NCBI GenBank assembly: GCA_043228905.1
Contig: JBHGNT010000010.1
Location: 9,796,001-9,860,000, forward strand
Origin: Azolla caroliniana
Lineage: Eukaryota > Plantae > Polypodiophyta
Reading direction: 5' to 3'
DNA: 64,000 nucleotides
A model generated the notes under the pieces. The model had not been told where the DNA came from. It did not search any database and was given only the letters and a program-made list of their open reading frames with translations. A program made the translations under genes and the position numbers. Shown piece after piece: positions 34,801-46,772 of this stretch. Numbering within the stretch: position 1 is the first letter of the stretch; each line of letters begins with the position of its first letter.

Positions 34801-36781
34801 CAAGAATATGACATTAAAAGTCATGTATCACTCATGAATGGTTTAATAACATGTAGAGAAACCAACCCAGTGGTAAGTGGTTGTAAAGAGCAATTCATAC
34901 TTTGTCTATAGAACCAGGGGATGCATAAAAGATATGTTGCATTCGAAAGCATGCAATCTTCATCTCAAAGAGCCAAAACAACAAAACTTCCAAAAGAGAA
35001 CATATCAGAATTGATAAAGGCAGGAAAAAAGATGTTGGGCTGCATTTATGACACAGTGAAACACGTCAGCCAGACATTCGGATTATTTTCAATATGGATC
35101 TCCTGCTAGACATATGTGCAACTTCCAGAACTGACCGAACAACAAAGATCCACGGAACATAGAATGGTAATCAATGCATCTAGTTCCAGCATTTCAGGAA
35201 ATCTAGGCCTAGAATCACCAAAAAGAGAGAATATATTGATCACATACAGTGGTAAACAACACCGTATAATTTGACCCTTAGCCTTAGTTCATTGTGTATG
35301 CTTTCTTGCATGGATATTGATTTCACATATGCATAAGATCCAAGCCCAATAAGTGGAAATTGGATTTCCACGCATTTACAAGAGCATACAACCAGCAAAG
35401 ACATGGTTGCACTGAGGAGATGAAATACCTGAGAGGGTGACCACGATAAATCCATAATGTCTTCGGTGTGACCATGAAAGGACCATTTTGTGTTCTCTGA
35501 CAACAATAATAGGTGGTTGCTTCCAAAGTTATTGTGTAATAATGCCCCATTTTCCCTTGAAATCTGATTTACATATGAATTCCTTGAATCATCAGGGGAG
35601 CAATTTCCAATTTGCTCAATTACTTCCCACAATTTCACTACCCTATCTACACCAGCACTGGCTAGAAAACACCCATCTAGACTGAACTTCATAGTCCATA
35701 TTGCACCTTCATGAGCTTGGATGCGTTGTTGTAGATATAGATCTGTGAGCTCCTTTGTACTTTTCTTATGTGCTTGAACCTTAATTCGCTTTGGAATTTT
35801 ATGTGAATCCTTACTGTCATTACCCAACCTTCTTCCTGAACTTTCTACAGACGAAGTCCTGTCATCACTGACGCTCTTATTCTCACGAGAACTCCATACT
35901 ATTCCCTTTATAGTGTGAAACCATGTCTTCTTCTTCTTCGTCTTCTCAGATCCATCACCAATATCCTTCTTGACTTCTGCTGTTTCCATGATTTTTGTTG
36001 CTTCATCTCTCTTCCAGAGTTCTTGATCAATTGGGGACAATCCAGCGGGTTTCTTGAATTCTTCTTCAGTTATCTTTCTCTCCCTATTAGTACTCAGATC
36101 TGTAGGTTTATTGATCACCCTATTTTCAATACTCACTGGGTTCTTTATGGTTGCATTTTGCCTTCCAACAGCAGTGATTTCACGTGATGCACTTACCCCA
36201 GATTCTTGAGCTGAGACTCGAGGATTAACTATGACTTCTTTGGAAAGATCCTTTGAATCAGCAAAGGCAATTTCGCCCATACTAATGATCTCTTCTTGCT
36301 TATCATCATCATCATCTTCTTCTTCTGCTTGCCTCGTTACTACTGAACCAGAGGAGCATTGCTTCATATTCCTCATGATGGGATCATCATGGTCTGCGCC
36401 TCTGGTACCATTATTGAGTTTCTGCGCAGATCCAAACGGCACTTCAACTGGATGACCTGAAGAAGAAACAGTGCTGAGATCCACAGCATTCGCATTGCCC
36501 TGCTCCTTCACTCGGCCCATCTGCTCTAAAAGGCGTTGCCTCCTCTCAAAAATACTGATAGAATCCTTGGTCCATACTTCATATCTCGAGAATGTAGAGG
36601 TGATCATCACAGTACTCTCCTTCTCCTTTTCCTTCTCATTCTCATTCTGATCGGATGATATGATGGATGATGGCGAGCTGGGAATTACTTCTAGTGTTTC
36701 AAAGAATTCTTCTTCTTCTTCTTCTTCTTCTTCTTCTTCTTCTTCTTCTTCTTCTTCTTCTTCGAGAGGGAATGCGTCCAT
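28076..36781 (-). CDS. WD40-repeat protein, WDR44/Rab11BP-like, 7 exons, ~853 aa
   Basis: Exons 36781-35429, 34014-33924, 33772-33615, 33530-33479, 32693-32605, 32512-32419, 28800-28076; all introns GT-AG with compatible phases; motifs [66 protein letters not shown]. Confidence 0.92.
28813..29066. repeat. Near-perfect ~126-bp tandem duplication at the 3' end of intron 6
   Basis: CTCATGGGCCAATTTTGG starts at both 28831 and 28957. Confidence 0.9.
29761..29961. mobile_element. hAT-type MITE
   Basis: TIR TAGGAATTGGCA / TGCCGACTCCTA; 8-bp TSD CCCGAATC/CCCAAATC; internal AACC/GGTT motifs. Confidence 0.75.
30419..30874. mobile_element. hAT-type MITE related to 29761-29961
   Basis: TIR TAGCAATCAGCAACAGTT / AACTGTTGTCGATTGTTA; degenerate 8-bp TSD GCTGGAAG/GATGCAAG. 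Confidence 0.7.
32419..32512 (-). CDS. WDR44-like exon 6
   Basis: CAG|[23 protein letters not shown]...HK|GT. Confidence 0.9.
32605..32693 (-). CDS. WDR44-like exon 5
   Basis: CAG|..DNKLQF...GKKITGLQ|GT. Confidence 0.85.
32815..33175. repeat. ~178-bp tandem duplication in intron 4
   Basis: GTATTTCCCAGCTTTCATGAACC starts at both 32821 and 32999. Confidence 0.9.
33479..33530 (-). CDS. WDR44-like exon 4
   Basis: CAG|[17 protein letters not shown]|GT. Confidence 0.88.
33615..33772 (-). CDS. WDR44-like exon 3
   Basis: CAG|..[13 protein letters not shown]...YTPDGQ|GT. Confidence 0.9.
33924..34014 (-). CDS. WDR44-like exon 2
   Basis: TAG|[15 protein letters not shown]...HSDY|GT. Confidence 0.9.
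35429..36781 (-). CDS. WDR44-like exon 1
   Basis: ATG at 36781; poly-Glu followed by FFAT-like EFFETLE; first WD repeats; donor CAG|GTATT. Confidence 0.9.
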
Positions 36782-39371
36782 CCTAATTATTAGGACTGCA
36801 GAGCTGTAGAAAGGATAGAAAGGCTACCAGATGAGACATCGTCGTAATTATCGCCATCGCCATCGTATGTTCTCCTTCCTTCTCTCTGCTCCCCACCTGT
36901 CAGCGTGGGGGATTTTATGGAGGAGAGGAACCGGAGGAATTCTCTGCAGAGTCGTGGAAAGCGAGAGGAAGAAGAGTGGCAGCGAAGAAACGAAAGGGCG
37001 ACGCCTGCGGGGCCGCGGGCACACACACACAGAGACAGACACACAGAGACAGACACACAGAGAGAGAGAGAGAGAGAGAGTCGGTGAGAGTCAGTCAAGT
37101 CACACCAAAGAACATACATACATACATACATACATACACACAACTAACGGAGACGGAGACGACTCATTTTTCTCGCCGTCATCTTCTCCGTCATCTTCTC
37201 CTTCTTCTTCTTCTTCTTGAGCATATACATACATACATACATATGGAGAGCATGTCCAGATGTTGGTCACCCATCTTCTCTCTCTTCTTCTTCTTTTTTC
37301 CGTAAATCAATGTTTGTTATTAAAACAAAATTATAATACAACACCCCTTGCTATCTTCACTACTTCATATATAGTGATAGTGCAAGGGAAACCCTCTCAA
37401 AGTGTTGTAAAACTAGATGACATAAGTCTATCTCCTCTTGGGACAAAGATCCCCATACAACATAGTTGTGAAAATTGCCAAATCAATTTCCCTTTCATCC
37501 TACGGATTTGTTGTGCTATCCCATGAAGTCCATCAAACAAGAACTCATTTCTCATGGTCCAATTAAACCACATCCCCAATTATCTAAGGTAATCAAAACC
37601 CACCTTATATGATGGTGTGGGCATAACTTTATCCTCATCCATAAAAACCCATTTATAAGGTGACAAAATATTTCCTGTTATCGATGCCCAAATTTGTGAC
37701 ATAATCACCCAAATGGCCTTAGCTACCGAACATGTAATAAACCTATGTCTAGCATCTTCTTCAGCCACTATACAGAAAAAACATGTCCCATTCGAAATAT
37801 GTCTTCGTTTTAAGGCCATCGCCAAAGGCAACCCACCAACTATGGCACGCCAAAGAAACACCTTTGCACGGAATGGAAGATGAGACTGTCACCCGGCATC
37901 TAAAACTCTACGCCACCACTTTACATTTCTAGTAATGCTCCATGTATCCAACACCTTATTTTCTAACCAAGCTCTATCTTCGACCAACTTATCGTACACA
38001 TCATTAGTGTTCACCAGAAAAATTGTTTTCCCATTACCAAATGACCAATCTTTCCATGATTCCTCGACCACCAACTTTGGATTTGGGAAAACTAATGTAG
38101 GCATTGCCAAATATACCCATATCCACGTGGTATATGAAACTTATTTCTGATTGTCCGAAAGGCCATCATTTTTCTACATGACTCTAAAACACCATCTTCT
38201 ACAGTTATCAAACCTAGCCTTGCCATTCGATTGAACTGTGAATTTAGACTTTCTTTTCCCTCCCAGTGTAATATCCTTGAAGTTGCCAACACCTCTGCTG
38301 CCAATGGATTTATATCTTTTCTGCACTCAAGAGGCCTCCAATTAAACAACTTCAAACACCGTTGCCACGAAAGCACCAATTGTTGAACCATACTAGATTC
38401 TGAACATTTAAATTGCCAGGTACTATTAACTATAGGCCACCACGAAGCTGTAATTCTCGTTTTCCCATGGTAAATACCAACCTTTTCCACAAAATAAGTA
38501 ATTATTTCTACCCAAGGTTGGGTACCTATGCACATACCTTTCAAAAGATTGAATCTTCGAGCCACCATATGATCTTCTAAATTGAGTAAAGCAGCACCCC
38601 CTAACCGTTTTGGGGTAAAAATATTGTTCCATGATACCCAACTCATACTAAGGTTTGTGTCTTTCTTCCATAGTGTATATTTAAGTGAACGAGCTAAATG
38701 ATCAAGTGATTTCTTTGTCCACGGTAACAATGGCAAAAAATAAGAAATCATTGGAATCATTATAGCTTGTACCACTTTGAGACGAGTACTAAACGGCCAT
38801 GCTTGAGACTTCCAATACATAAATTTGTCCAAAATGGTTCCCGATATCCAATTCAAACTTTGTGATGATGAGATATCAACACCAATAGGGTAACCTAAGT
38901 GTCGACACACATTCCCTGGATCTAATATTTGGCCACCCCATCCAAGATCCACCAAATCACTCTCAGTGCATCTAATGAGCATCGACTTCTGCATATTTAT
39001 ATGTAATCATGATGCCAATGTGAACACATTCCACACCTCCATGGCTTTAGCTATGTTATCAGGTGTTGCTTTGAGAAATAAAAATGAAGCATCAGCCAAT
39101 GCTTGAGCGATCAAATGTTTCCCTGATGATAGAGCTAATCCAACTACTTCCCCACGTGTTGCCAACTCATGCATCCTCACCAAAATCGGGTGTGTAGCAA
39201 TTGCAAATAATAGTGGACTCAATGGACATCCTTGTCTAAGTGATCTTTTCAATGCTATTGCCTTAGTAACTCCACCATTCAACATAACATGTGAGACTGC
39301 ACCTAATCCCACCAACAACGATATTCGAGACATCCTTTCCCCAAAACCCATATGAGACATAAGTTGAGTAA

Positions 39372-42300
39372 TGTTAAGTAATTAGGTAATTAACTAGGGT
39401 TAATTAGAGACTAATTGTATGGTTACGTTAAGCAGCGGAAGATTAGTATGATATTCGCGTGAGAGTGTGTGAGAGGGAGAGGAAGTTACACTTGAACACA
39501 AAGATAAATGGGGGATGATTGACTATATTGAAAAGTGTCATCAACATACAAAAATACCCACAATGAGGTATATATACAACCCATGTGCAAAGGTGCACAT
39601 GTGTGGGTAGAACATAGGTACTTATGTGTAAGTCCTACGTTAAATGTACTAAGGAGTGGAGGATCTAGAATATCCCACTTAAGTACAAGGTCCTATTTAA
39701 AGGCTTAAGGTCAACACATTAACTAGATTCGATCTAGGTAACTACTAAGTTACATGTGTTGACTAACTAGATTAAACTAGTTGAGCTTGATATCTCAACA
39801 CGCCCCCTCAAGCTCAAGTGTGAGGCGTCCAACGTCCGGTTTAGCTTCCTTCGGCTTCGTCGGCATCAGTGCGGCTTGCGGCTTTCTTCGCGGCGTCGCG
39901 GCTTCATTGTGCGGTTCTCCGTGGCTTTGTTCTCCCCCTCAAGCCTATGACGAAGGCTTGGATCCTCGGGCTCTTGTTCGGCCACTACCTCCATCGCAAG
40001 GGCATAGTGATGGGCCATATACTCGTTGTAGGCGTAACGAGTGATTTGGGTCTTCGCTCGTGATGCGGCTTTCTTCGCGTCTTTGCGGCTTCGTTGTGCG
40101 GTTCTCCGCGGCTTTGTTTTTCGCGGCCTTCTTCGCGGCTTCATTGTGCGGTTCTCCGCGGCTTTGTTCTCCCCCTCAAGCCTATGACGAAGGCTTGGAT
40201 CCTCGGGCTCTTGTTCGGCCACTACCTCCATCGCGAGGGCATAGTGATGGGCCATATACTCATTGTAGGCGTAACGAGTGATTTGGGTCTTCGCTCGTGA
40301 TGAGCGGCGGAGTTTCTCGTTTGTCGATGTGAGCGCCTTCTTTACTCCGGGTGTCCTCATGATGGGTACACCGAACTCACTGTCTAGTGAGCGAGCCGAA
40401 TCATCTGAATCCCGGTCGTCGGGGTGGACCTCGACTTCGTATTCGGGCATCTTACCTTTGCCTTTGTCTGATGTCGGACTTGGCCGCGATGTGTTTTCAT
40501 CGCATGGAGGCTCTTGTGGGCCAATTAGCTTGGTAGAGCTTGGATTGTCCTTCGGTGGAGGACTTGGCCGAGTTTCGTCGTCCGAGTTGGCGTTCAACTC
40601 TTCCTCGATCGGGTCGGATGGAGTCGCATCGGGCTTATACCAAGATGTCAATTCGTCGAAAACGACGTCACGACTTATCCGCACCGCTCGGGTCGAGGGG
40701 TTGAAGCACTTGTATGCCTTTTTCGCGGACAAGTATCCTATGAGGATCCATTCTTCCGACTTCGCGTCGGGCTTCTCTCGACTTTCGTTCGGGATGCGTA
40801 CATTCGCAATGCTTCCGAACACCTTGAGGTGCGAGAGGATGGGCTTTCTTCCAATGAAGATCTCGTATGGAGTAAGCTCATGCACGCTATTTGTGGTGCA
40901 TCGATTCATGAGATAGACGGCCGTGGATGCCGCTTCCGCCCAATAGAAGTTTGGCATGTGCTTCTCACGCATCATGGTGCGTGCTACCTCGAGTATTTGC
41001 CGATTCTTTCTCTTGGCTACTCCGTTTTGTTGGGGAGTCTGTCGGCATGAGAATTCTCTACGAATGCCTTCACCTTGGAGGTAGGAGGTGAACTCGTCGA
41101 AGAAGTACTCCTTTCCTCCGTCCGATCGTAGGCATCGAATGTGCCGACCGGTTTCTTTCTCCACTTGTCTTTTGAGCCTTTGAAAGTGGGAGAGCACTTC
41201 GCTCTTCTTCTTCATCGGGTATATCCACGTGTAGCACGTGTGGTCGTCGATGAAGGTGACGTAGTAGCGGCATCCGCCGAGCGTCGGCGTTTGAGCCGGT
41301 CCCCATACATCCGAGTGTATGACGTCGAGGAGGCCTTTGCTTGTGGAGCTCTCCTTCAGGAATGGGAGTCGATGTTGTTTGCCGAGTTGGCATGCTTCAC
41401 ACACTCGATCGACTCGTTTCGATTCGAAGGCCGGGAGTCCGATTACGACTCCCTTTGATTGCATTCCGCGAAGCTGTTGGAGGTTTACGTGGCCGATTCG
41501 CTTGTGCCACAACTCAATGTTTGTCTCGGTCTTGAGACCTTTGGCGTACATGGCCGATTTTACCTCATTCGAGTTGAGGATGAACAAGCGATCGTCTCTC
41601 CGTCCCTTGGCTATGAGTCGGCCGTCTTTCTCGATGAAGCAACCTTCATTGTTGAAACGGACTTGCATGCCTTGCTCCACGATTTGGCCGACCGAGACCA
41701 AATTCTTTGTTATTGTGGGCACGTGCAAGACATTCTTGATGCAGGTTTGCTCGCCTTCTTTCCCGAATGGGACATCGCCGATGTGCCGAATGGGATGCGG
41801 AGTGTTGTCTCCGGTCTCTATGTAGCCGGGTCGATCCGGCGTTCGCAAGTCGCGAAACCACTCTTGGTGCGACGTCATGTGGTGCGAGGCGCCAGAGTCT
41901 ACGAACCACGTGTGTTCGGAGTCGGAGGTGCTTGCGGAGTTTGCAGGATCGGTGGCCATCATAGAGTTCGCTCTATGCCTCATCACGAAGAGTCCGCCGT
42001 AGTCCGCGTATTCCGCATTCGCGGCGTAATTTGTGAGTTGCCGGCTTGTTGAGGCCAACTCGCTTCGTCTTTTTCGGCACTCCTCTTCGCGATGGCCGAT
42101 TTTGCCGCAATAGTTGCACGTAGGTGGCGTCGTTCGCCGACTTTGTTCGGCGTGGAAGCTCCCCCTTCTTGTGAAGGTTCCTCGATGGCTTCCGTTTTGT
42201 TGCCGAAATTGTGAATTCCCTTCGTGGGATAGGTCGAATTGACCTCTTCCGCTTCGACCTCGTCTTTGGGCACCATCCGTATTGGAGAAGAGCATTTGTC

Positions 42301-43512
42301 CTTCCGATGTGGTGGTCTTTGGTTGAACGTGGTTTTCTTCGACCAATAGCATTGATTGGAGGTTGAAGAACGAGGGAGGGGTATCTCTCGCCAAGATTGC
42401 CGTTCTCAAGGGGTTGAATCGTTGTGTGAGGCCGCCCAAGCATACTTGCACCATCTTGTCCTCGTCGATGTTGACGTTGATGGAGCCAAGAGAGTCGCAA
42501 ATGCTCTTGATCTTGGCGGTGTAGTCCGTCACGAACATTTCTTTTTGTCGTATGTTGTTCAACTCTTGCCGGAGTTGAAGCTTGTGTGCGGATGTGTCCG
42601 CGGCGAAAATCTTCTTGAGATTTTCCCACGCCTCTTTGGGCGTCTTGGCGTCACAAATGTGGCTAAGCATGTTGTCGTTTACACATGTTGCCAAGCAATA
42701 CATTACCCGACTCGCGCCTTGCTCCCACGTTGGGTAGTTGGCGTGTGTGGTTTCGGGTTTGTTTTTTTGTGCACCGTTGATGTAGCTCCAATACCCTTGG
42801 CCGACAAGGTATTGATTCATCTTGTACTCCCAAGATGAATAGTTGCTTCGGTCTAGCTTTTCGCTAGGGAGTGAGCTTCCCATTTGTTTGTTCATGTTGA
42901 TTGTTATGTCTTCCGTTTTGTTTTTCTTCTCTTGGTCTCGTACACGTCCTTCGTAGCGACACTACGGTAACGGATAGCGAATAGCCGGGATTTGTCGTCG
43001 GCGTCTCGAACACACAATCACGAATAAGGGGTGGGCTTAGTGGATTTCCTAAACCACGCGCTCTGATACCATGTTAAGTAATTAGGTAATTAACTAGGGT
43101 TAATTAGAGACTAATTATATGGTTACGTTAAGCAGCGGAAGATTAGTATGATATGCGCGTGAGAGTGTGTGAGAGGAAGAGAGAGAGAGAGAGGAAGTTA
43201 CACTTGAACACAAAGATAAATGGGGGATGATTGACTACATTGAAAAGTGTCATCAACATACAAAAATACCCACAATGAGGTATATATACAACCCATGTGC
43301 AAAGGTGCACATGTGTGGGTAGAACATAGGTACTTATGTGTAAGTCCTACATTAAATGTACTAAGGAGTGGAGGATCTAGAATATCCCACTTAAGTACAA
43401 GGTCCTATTTAAAGGCTTAAGGTCAACACATTAACTAGATTCGATCTAGGTAACTACTAAGTTACATGTGTTGACTAACTAGATTAAACTAGTTGAGCTT
43501 GATATCTCAACA
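39372..43512 (-). mobile_element. Young, internally deleted Ty1/copia element C
   Basis: Near-identical LTRs 39372-39800 and 43072-43512; PBS TGGTATCAGAGC (tRNA-iMet) at 43060-43071; PPT TTGAGGGGGCG. Confidence 0.95.
39866..42895 (-). CDS. Gag-protease-integrase polyprotein lacking RT and RNase H
   Basis: Uninterrupted 1009-aa ORF with CNYCGKIGHREEEC, WFVDSGAS, HSDVWGP; ends in an in-frame 237-bp duplication. Confidence 0.85.
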   Translation of the reverse strand: MNKQMGSSLPSEKLDRSNYSSWEYKMNQYLVGQGYWSYINGAQKNKPETTHANYPTWEQGASRVMYCLATCVNDNMLSHICDAKTPKEAWENLKKIFAADTSAHKLQLRQELNNIRQKEMFVTDYTAKIKSICDSLGSINVNIDEDKMVQVCLGGLTQRFNPLRTAILARDTPPSFFNLQSMLLVEENHVQPKTTTSEGQMLFSNTDGAQRRGRSGRGQFDLSHEGNSQFRQQNGSHRGTFTRRGSFHAEQSRRTTPPTCNYCGKIGHREEECRKRRSELASTSRQLTNYAANAEYADYGGLFVMRHRANSMMATDPANSASTSDSEHTWFVDSGASHHMTSHQEWFRDLRTPDRPGYIETGDNTPHPIRHIGDVPFGKEGEQTCIKNVLHVPTITKNLVSVGQIVEQGMQVRFNNEGCFIEKDGRLIAKGRRDDRLFILNSNEVKSAMYAKGLKTETNIELWHKRIGHVNLQQLRGMQSKGVVIGLPAFESKRVDRVCEACQLGKQHRLPFLKESSTSKGLLDVIHSDVWGPAQTPTLGGCRYYVTFIDDHTCYTWIYPMKKKSEVLSHFQRLKRQVEKETGRHIRCLRSDGGKEYFFDEFTSYLQGEGIRREFSCRQTPQQNGVAKRKNRQILEVARTMMREKHMPNFYWAEAASTAVYLMNRCTTNSVHELTPYEIFIGRKPILSHLKVFGSIANVRIPNESREKPDAKSEEWILIGYLSAKKAYKCFNPSTRAVRISRDVVFDELTSWYKPDATPSDPIEEELNANSDDETRPSPPPKDNPSSTKLIGPQEPPCDENTSRPSPTSDKGKGKMPEYEVEVHPDDRDSDDSARSLDSEFGVPIMRTPGVKKALTSTNEKLRRSSRAKTQITRYAYNEYMAHHYALAMEVVAEQEPEDPSLRHRLEGENKAAENRTMKPRRRPRKTKPRRTAQRSRKDAKKAASRAKTQITRYAYNEYMAHHYALAMEVVAEQEPEDPSLRHRLEGENKATENRTMKPRRREESRKPH

Positions 43513-46122
43513 GTTGTAACCAACTCATCTTTTGTTTACGGATAGATGCTTGATAAATTCCATAATATCGTGTAAACTGTTTAATATTGGAAAGACAAAT
43601 ATCTCATGACGAAACACCGTGGATATTGACTTGTCTTGTAAACTCCCCCACCAATTGTCCCATAGCATGCTTAAATTTATCATGTCCAAGAAAGGATGAA
43701 TTAAATCTCAATGGTTGTCTCCCAATAAAGCTCTAAAACCATCCACAGTTTGATGTGTGCATTCCAAAACAACTGGGAAATGATTTGATGATCCAATCCC
43801 CCTATACACTTGCATAGTCAAAAACTCTGGCAAGAATGTATCATCATGCATAATATAAATGTGATCCAGTCTACTCCAAGTTTATCTATATTGTGCTGAT
43901 TGAAAGGAATAACCAACATCATTTCCATTGATCCAAGTCCATGCAACATACCTTACGACATCCATCATAAACAAATCACATACCTCTCGTTCGGGAGCAT
44001 CCATCAAGCCATGCATCGAAGTAGATTGGCCCACCTCAGAACACATATTAAAATCCCCTAACAAAAAACTAGATCTCCCATGAAGCAAAACTTGATTTAA
44101 GCATCTCCAAAGTTCCATAGATATCTTGCAACATTCGATCCATAAATACCAACCACCCAAATATGTTTTCCTTCATAATTAACTTCAACCACCAAAAACC
44201 GACCATGTACATCTCTTTGAACCACTACCGGTTTCAAGCTATCCCTTATAATAAGCATCACACTTGAATAAGGGCCCCCATTGGCTCCAGCATAAAACAC
44301 GTGATATTGCTTATGATGAAAAGAAGACCCAGATTTCCTTATGTTCTACTACACATAATATATCCCATTCACTAATAAAAATAGTTTTCCACATACCATA
44401 TTGCTTGGACGGAGAACAAATTCCCCTTACATTCCATGTGACTACCTTCATCACTCACTATTTATATTACTTCTTGGCTTGTTCTTGTTCCCATTATGCT
44501 AATATCTTTGGTATATCACCAAAATAATCACTTAAGACTGCAAATGCATTTTGCATAGATGGTCGATGATTATTGGTGGATCCCATTATACCCCATGAGT
44601 TATCTCTTTTCCAATTTTGTTTTTCTAACGGTAAATTGATTTTCCTGTTCTTATCAAACCTAAGGTTGAAAGGTTTTGTCCCTTGATTGAATTGTTTATA
44701 TTGTGACCCTTGCCACAGTTTTGACCTTCCTTTCAATTGATCATAATTATGTGTATGTGATAACCCCATAGGATCCCTAGAGGAACTACCATTCTTTTGT
44801 CCATTATGTGCATAAAATTTGTCTTTTTGGTACCTTGGATTATTTATCTTAGAGGCCACCTTAATCCAAGATCCACCCTCATCCATTAAATATTTTCTTC
44901 TTTCTTGATTATCTTTGTCATTATGTTCCAAAATAACAACATTCTTACCTTTTTCCACATTTGCCTCCTTGCTTTTCAACACCTCATTATCATTTAGTGT
45001 AGAGTCTGGCATTAACTCATTCCCATGGGAATTATCAGTCACCTCCATTTCTGGTGTTTGATGACATTCCGCCATGAAATGGCCTAAACGACTACATCGA
45101 AAGCAATGACTGGCAAATGATTCCCAATGCAATTGGCAACGGAATGATCTCATCTCCTCAGTCTTTATGTTTAGCCACAAAGGTCTCTTTTTTGTTGTAT
45201 TCCATAGCATACATAACCTATATTTATTATATGCTTTAGCATTTGGGGCTACTATCACCTTTCCCAATTGTTCCATGACACCTTGAATTATAGGCCATAA
45301 AAACGAAAATTTACACTCTACCTCCACCCATATTGGACACTCTTGTTTCAAAATTTCCTAAAACTCGGCTAATGGTTTCCAAGGGACAATATAGACTAAA
45401 TTGTTATTGTATAAGACCGGCACACGCGATAACAATCTATCTCGTTGTTCTTCGATTCGGAAAATGACCTCAAAAAACCCGCGTGGACCTTTATACACGT
45501 CTTCCACACTATTTCTACCAATCATTGCATTTAGCCATTGCGCCACCCAATTTACTAAAGGATTTTTCCCTGCAAAGAAACAAATAATGCCTCTCTCATG
45601 AAACATGGAAAATGCCTTTAAGATTTCTCTATGTGGCATCTCCACCTCGACAATGTCATCCTCTTCTACATTGGCCACCATATCAGTAGTATCTGGTAAA
45701 ATCTCATGTAGTGCTTCATTAACAACTACATGCATTAGATCCCAATATTGCGCTTTCCTCTCTTCCTCACCTTCTCCCATAACTTGTGCATATGATGGTT
45801 TTGGAATCATCTCTATATCCGCCTCATGCATATTATTAATGCCAATCTTTTGTTTCTTCAAAATAACTTCATCTTCTCCTTCTCCTCTCTTACTTTCTAT
45901 TTGTCTCTCAATTATTCCTTCATCCATTGCGTCCATATATACAACGCCCCAATTATAAAAATAAATAAATTAATAAGAGGATGGATGATTAACCTGAAAT
46001 AGAGACGAGGACATTCGAGCTTGCCGTCGAAGAATGTTGTTATAGCACTTACCCAATTATGTCGATGTAGCCACGACTAATTATTCCTCTCGCGTCTCCT
46101 CGTCCTTTTCCTCGTGATTTTC

Positions 46123-46173
46123 TGTAAAAACGAAGGTGCGGAAGTGTCAGACAAACTGGCTCCGCCAGATAGC

Positions 46174-46224
<51 letters not shown>

Positions 46225-46539
46225 GAACGTTAAAAATCTATTACAAAACAATAATAGTTCTCTCTGTTCATACAACGTGCTCAACAACACTTTTTATACA
46301 AGTCCTAAGAGGACTGACTGAAGTATTGTGTACTTCAATGCTCACACGAGCGTTTGACACTAACTACGAGACATTAACTACCTAGTAGTCTAGGCTGCTA
46401 CTAGGCCTCCGGTTACTGCTGGATTTGGCTAACTGGCTCCCCAGCTCATCGACTCACCGATCCGGCTCATCCTTCTGGATGTTGATCCGGCTCAGGCTTA
46501 TTCAGCCGATTCGGATCCGGTTGAGCTTGCCGCTCAACA
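46123..46539 (-). mobile_element. Solo LTR of the copia B family
   Basis: TGTTGAGCGGCAAGCTCAAC...TTTTTACA; perfect TSD TTTTC on both sides. Confidence 0.9.
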
Positions 46540-46772
46540 TTTTCTGATTTTGTCCTACTTTGTTTCTCTGATTTTCTCGTTTATCCTACTCTATTTCTCC
46601 TACTCCTACTCTCTCTCTCTCTCTCTCCCTATTTTTTGTCTTCTTCTTGAATCTGATTTTTTGATTCTCCCCTCGTCGCGCCTCTCTGTTTTCCTCTCTC
46701 CTCCCTAATCAATCTCTCTGTCTCTTTCTCTCTATTTTTGTCTTCCTGTCGTTGAGGCTGTACTCTCTCTCT

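Larger units (their letters stand above)
37290..46770 (-). mobile_element. L1/Tx1-like LINE 1 (ORF1 and ORF2, degenerate), interrupted by copia C and a solo LTR
   Basis: ORF1 45936-44494 with CFRCSRLGHFMAEC; EN LLGDFN; RT SLRQGCPLSPLLF and RHLGYP; C-terminal CFFC...HRFITC; A/AAG tail near 37293. Confidence 0.88.

Noticed and set aside
35240-35428. C-terminal part of the 513-aa ORF as coding
   Set aside because: WD40 similarity stops at SPSQ, where a GT donor joins in phase to exon 2; the rest is intron
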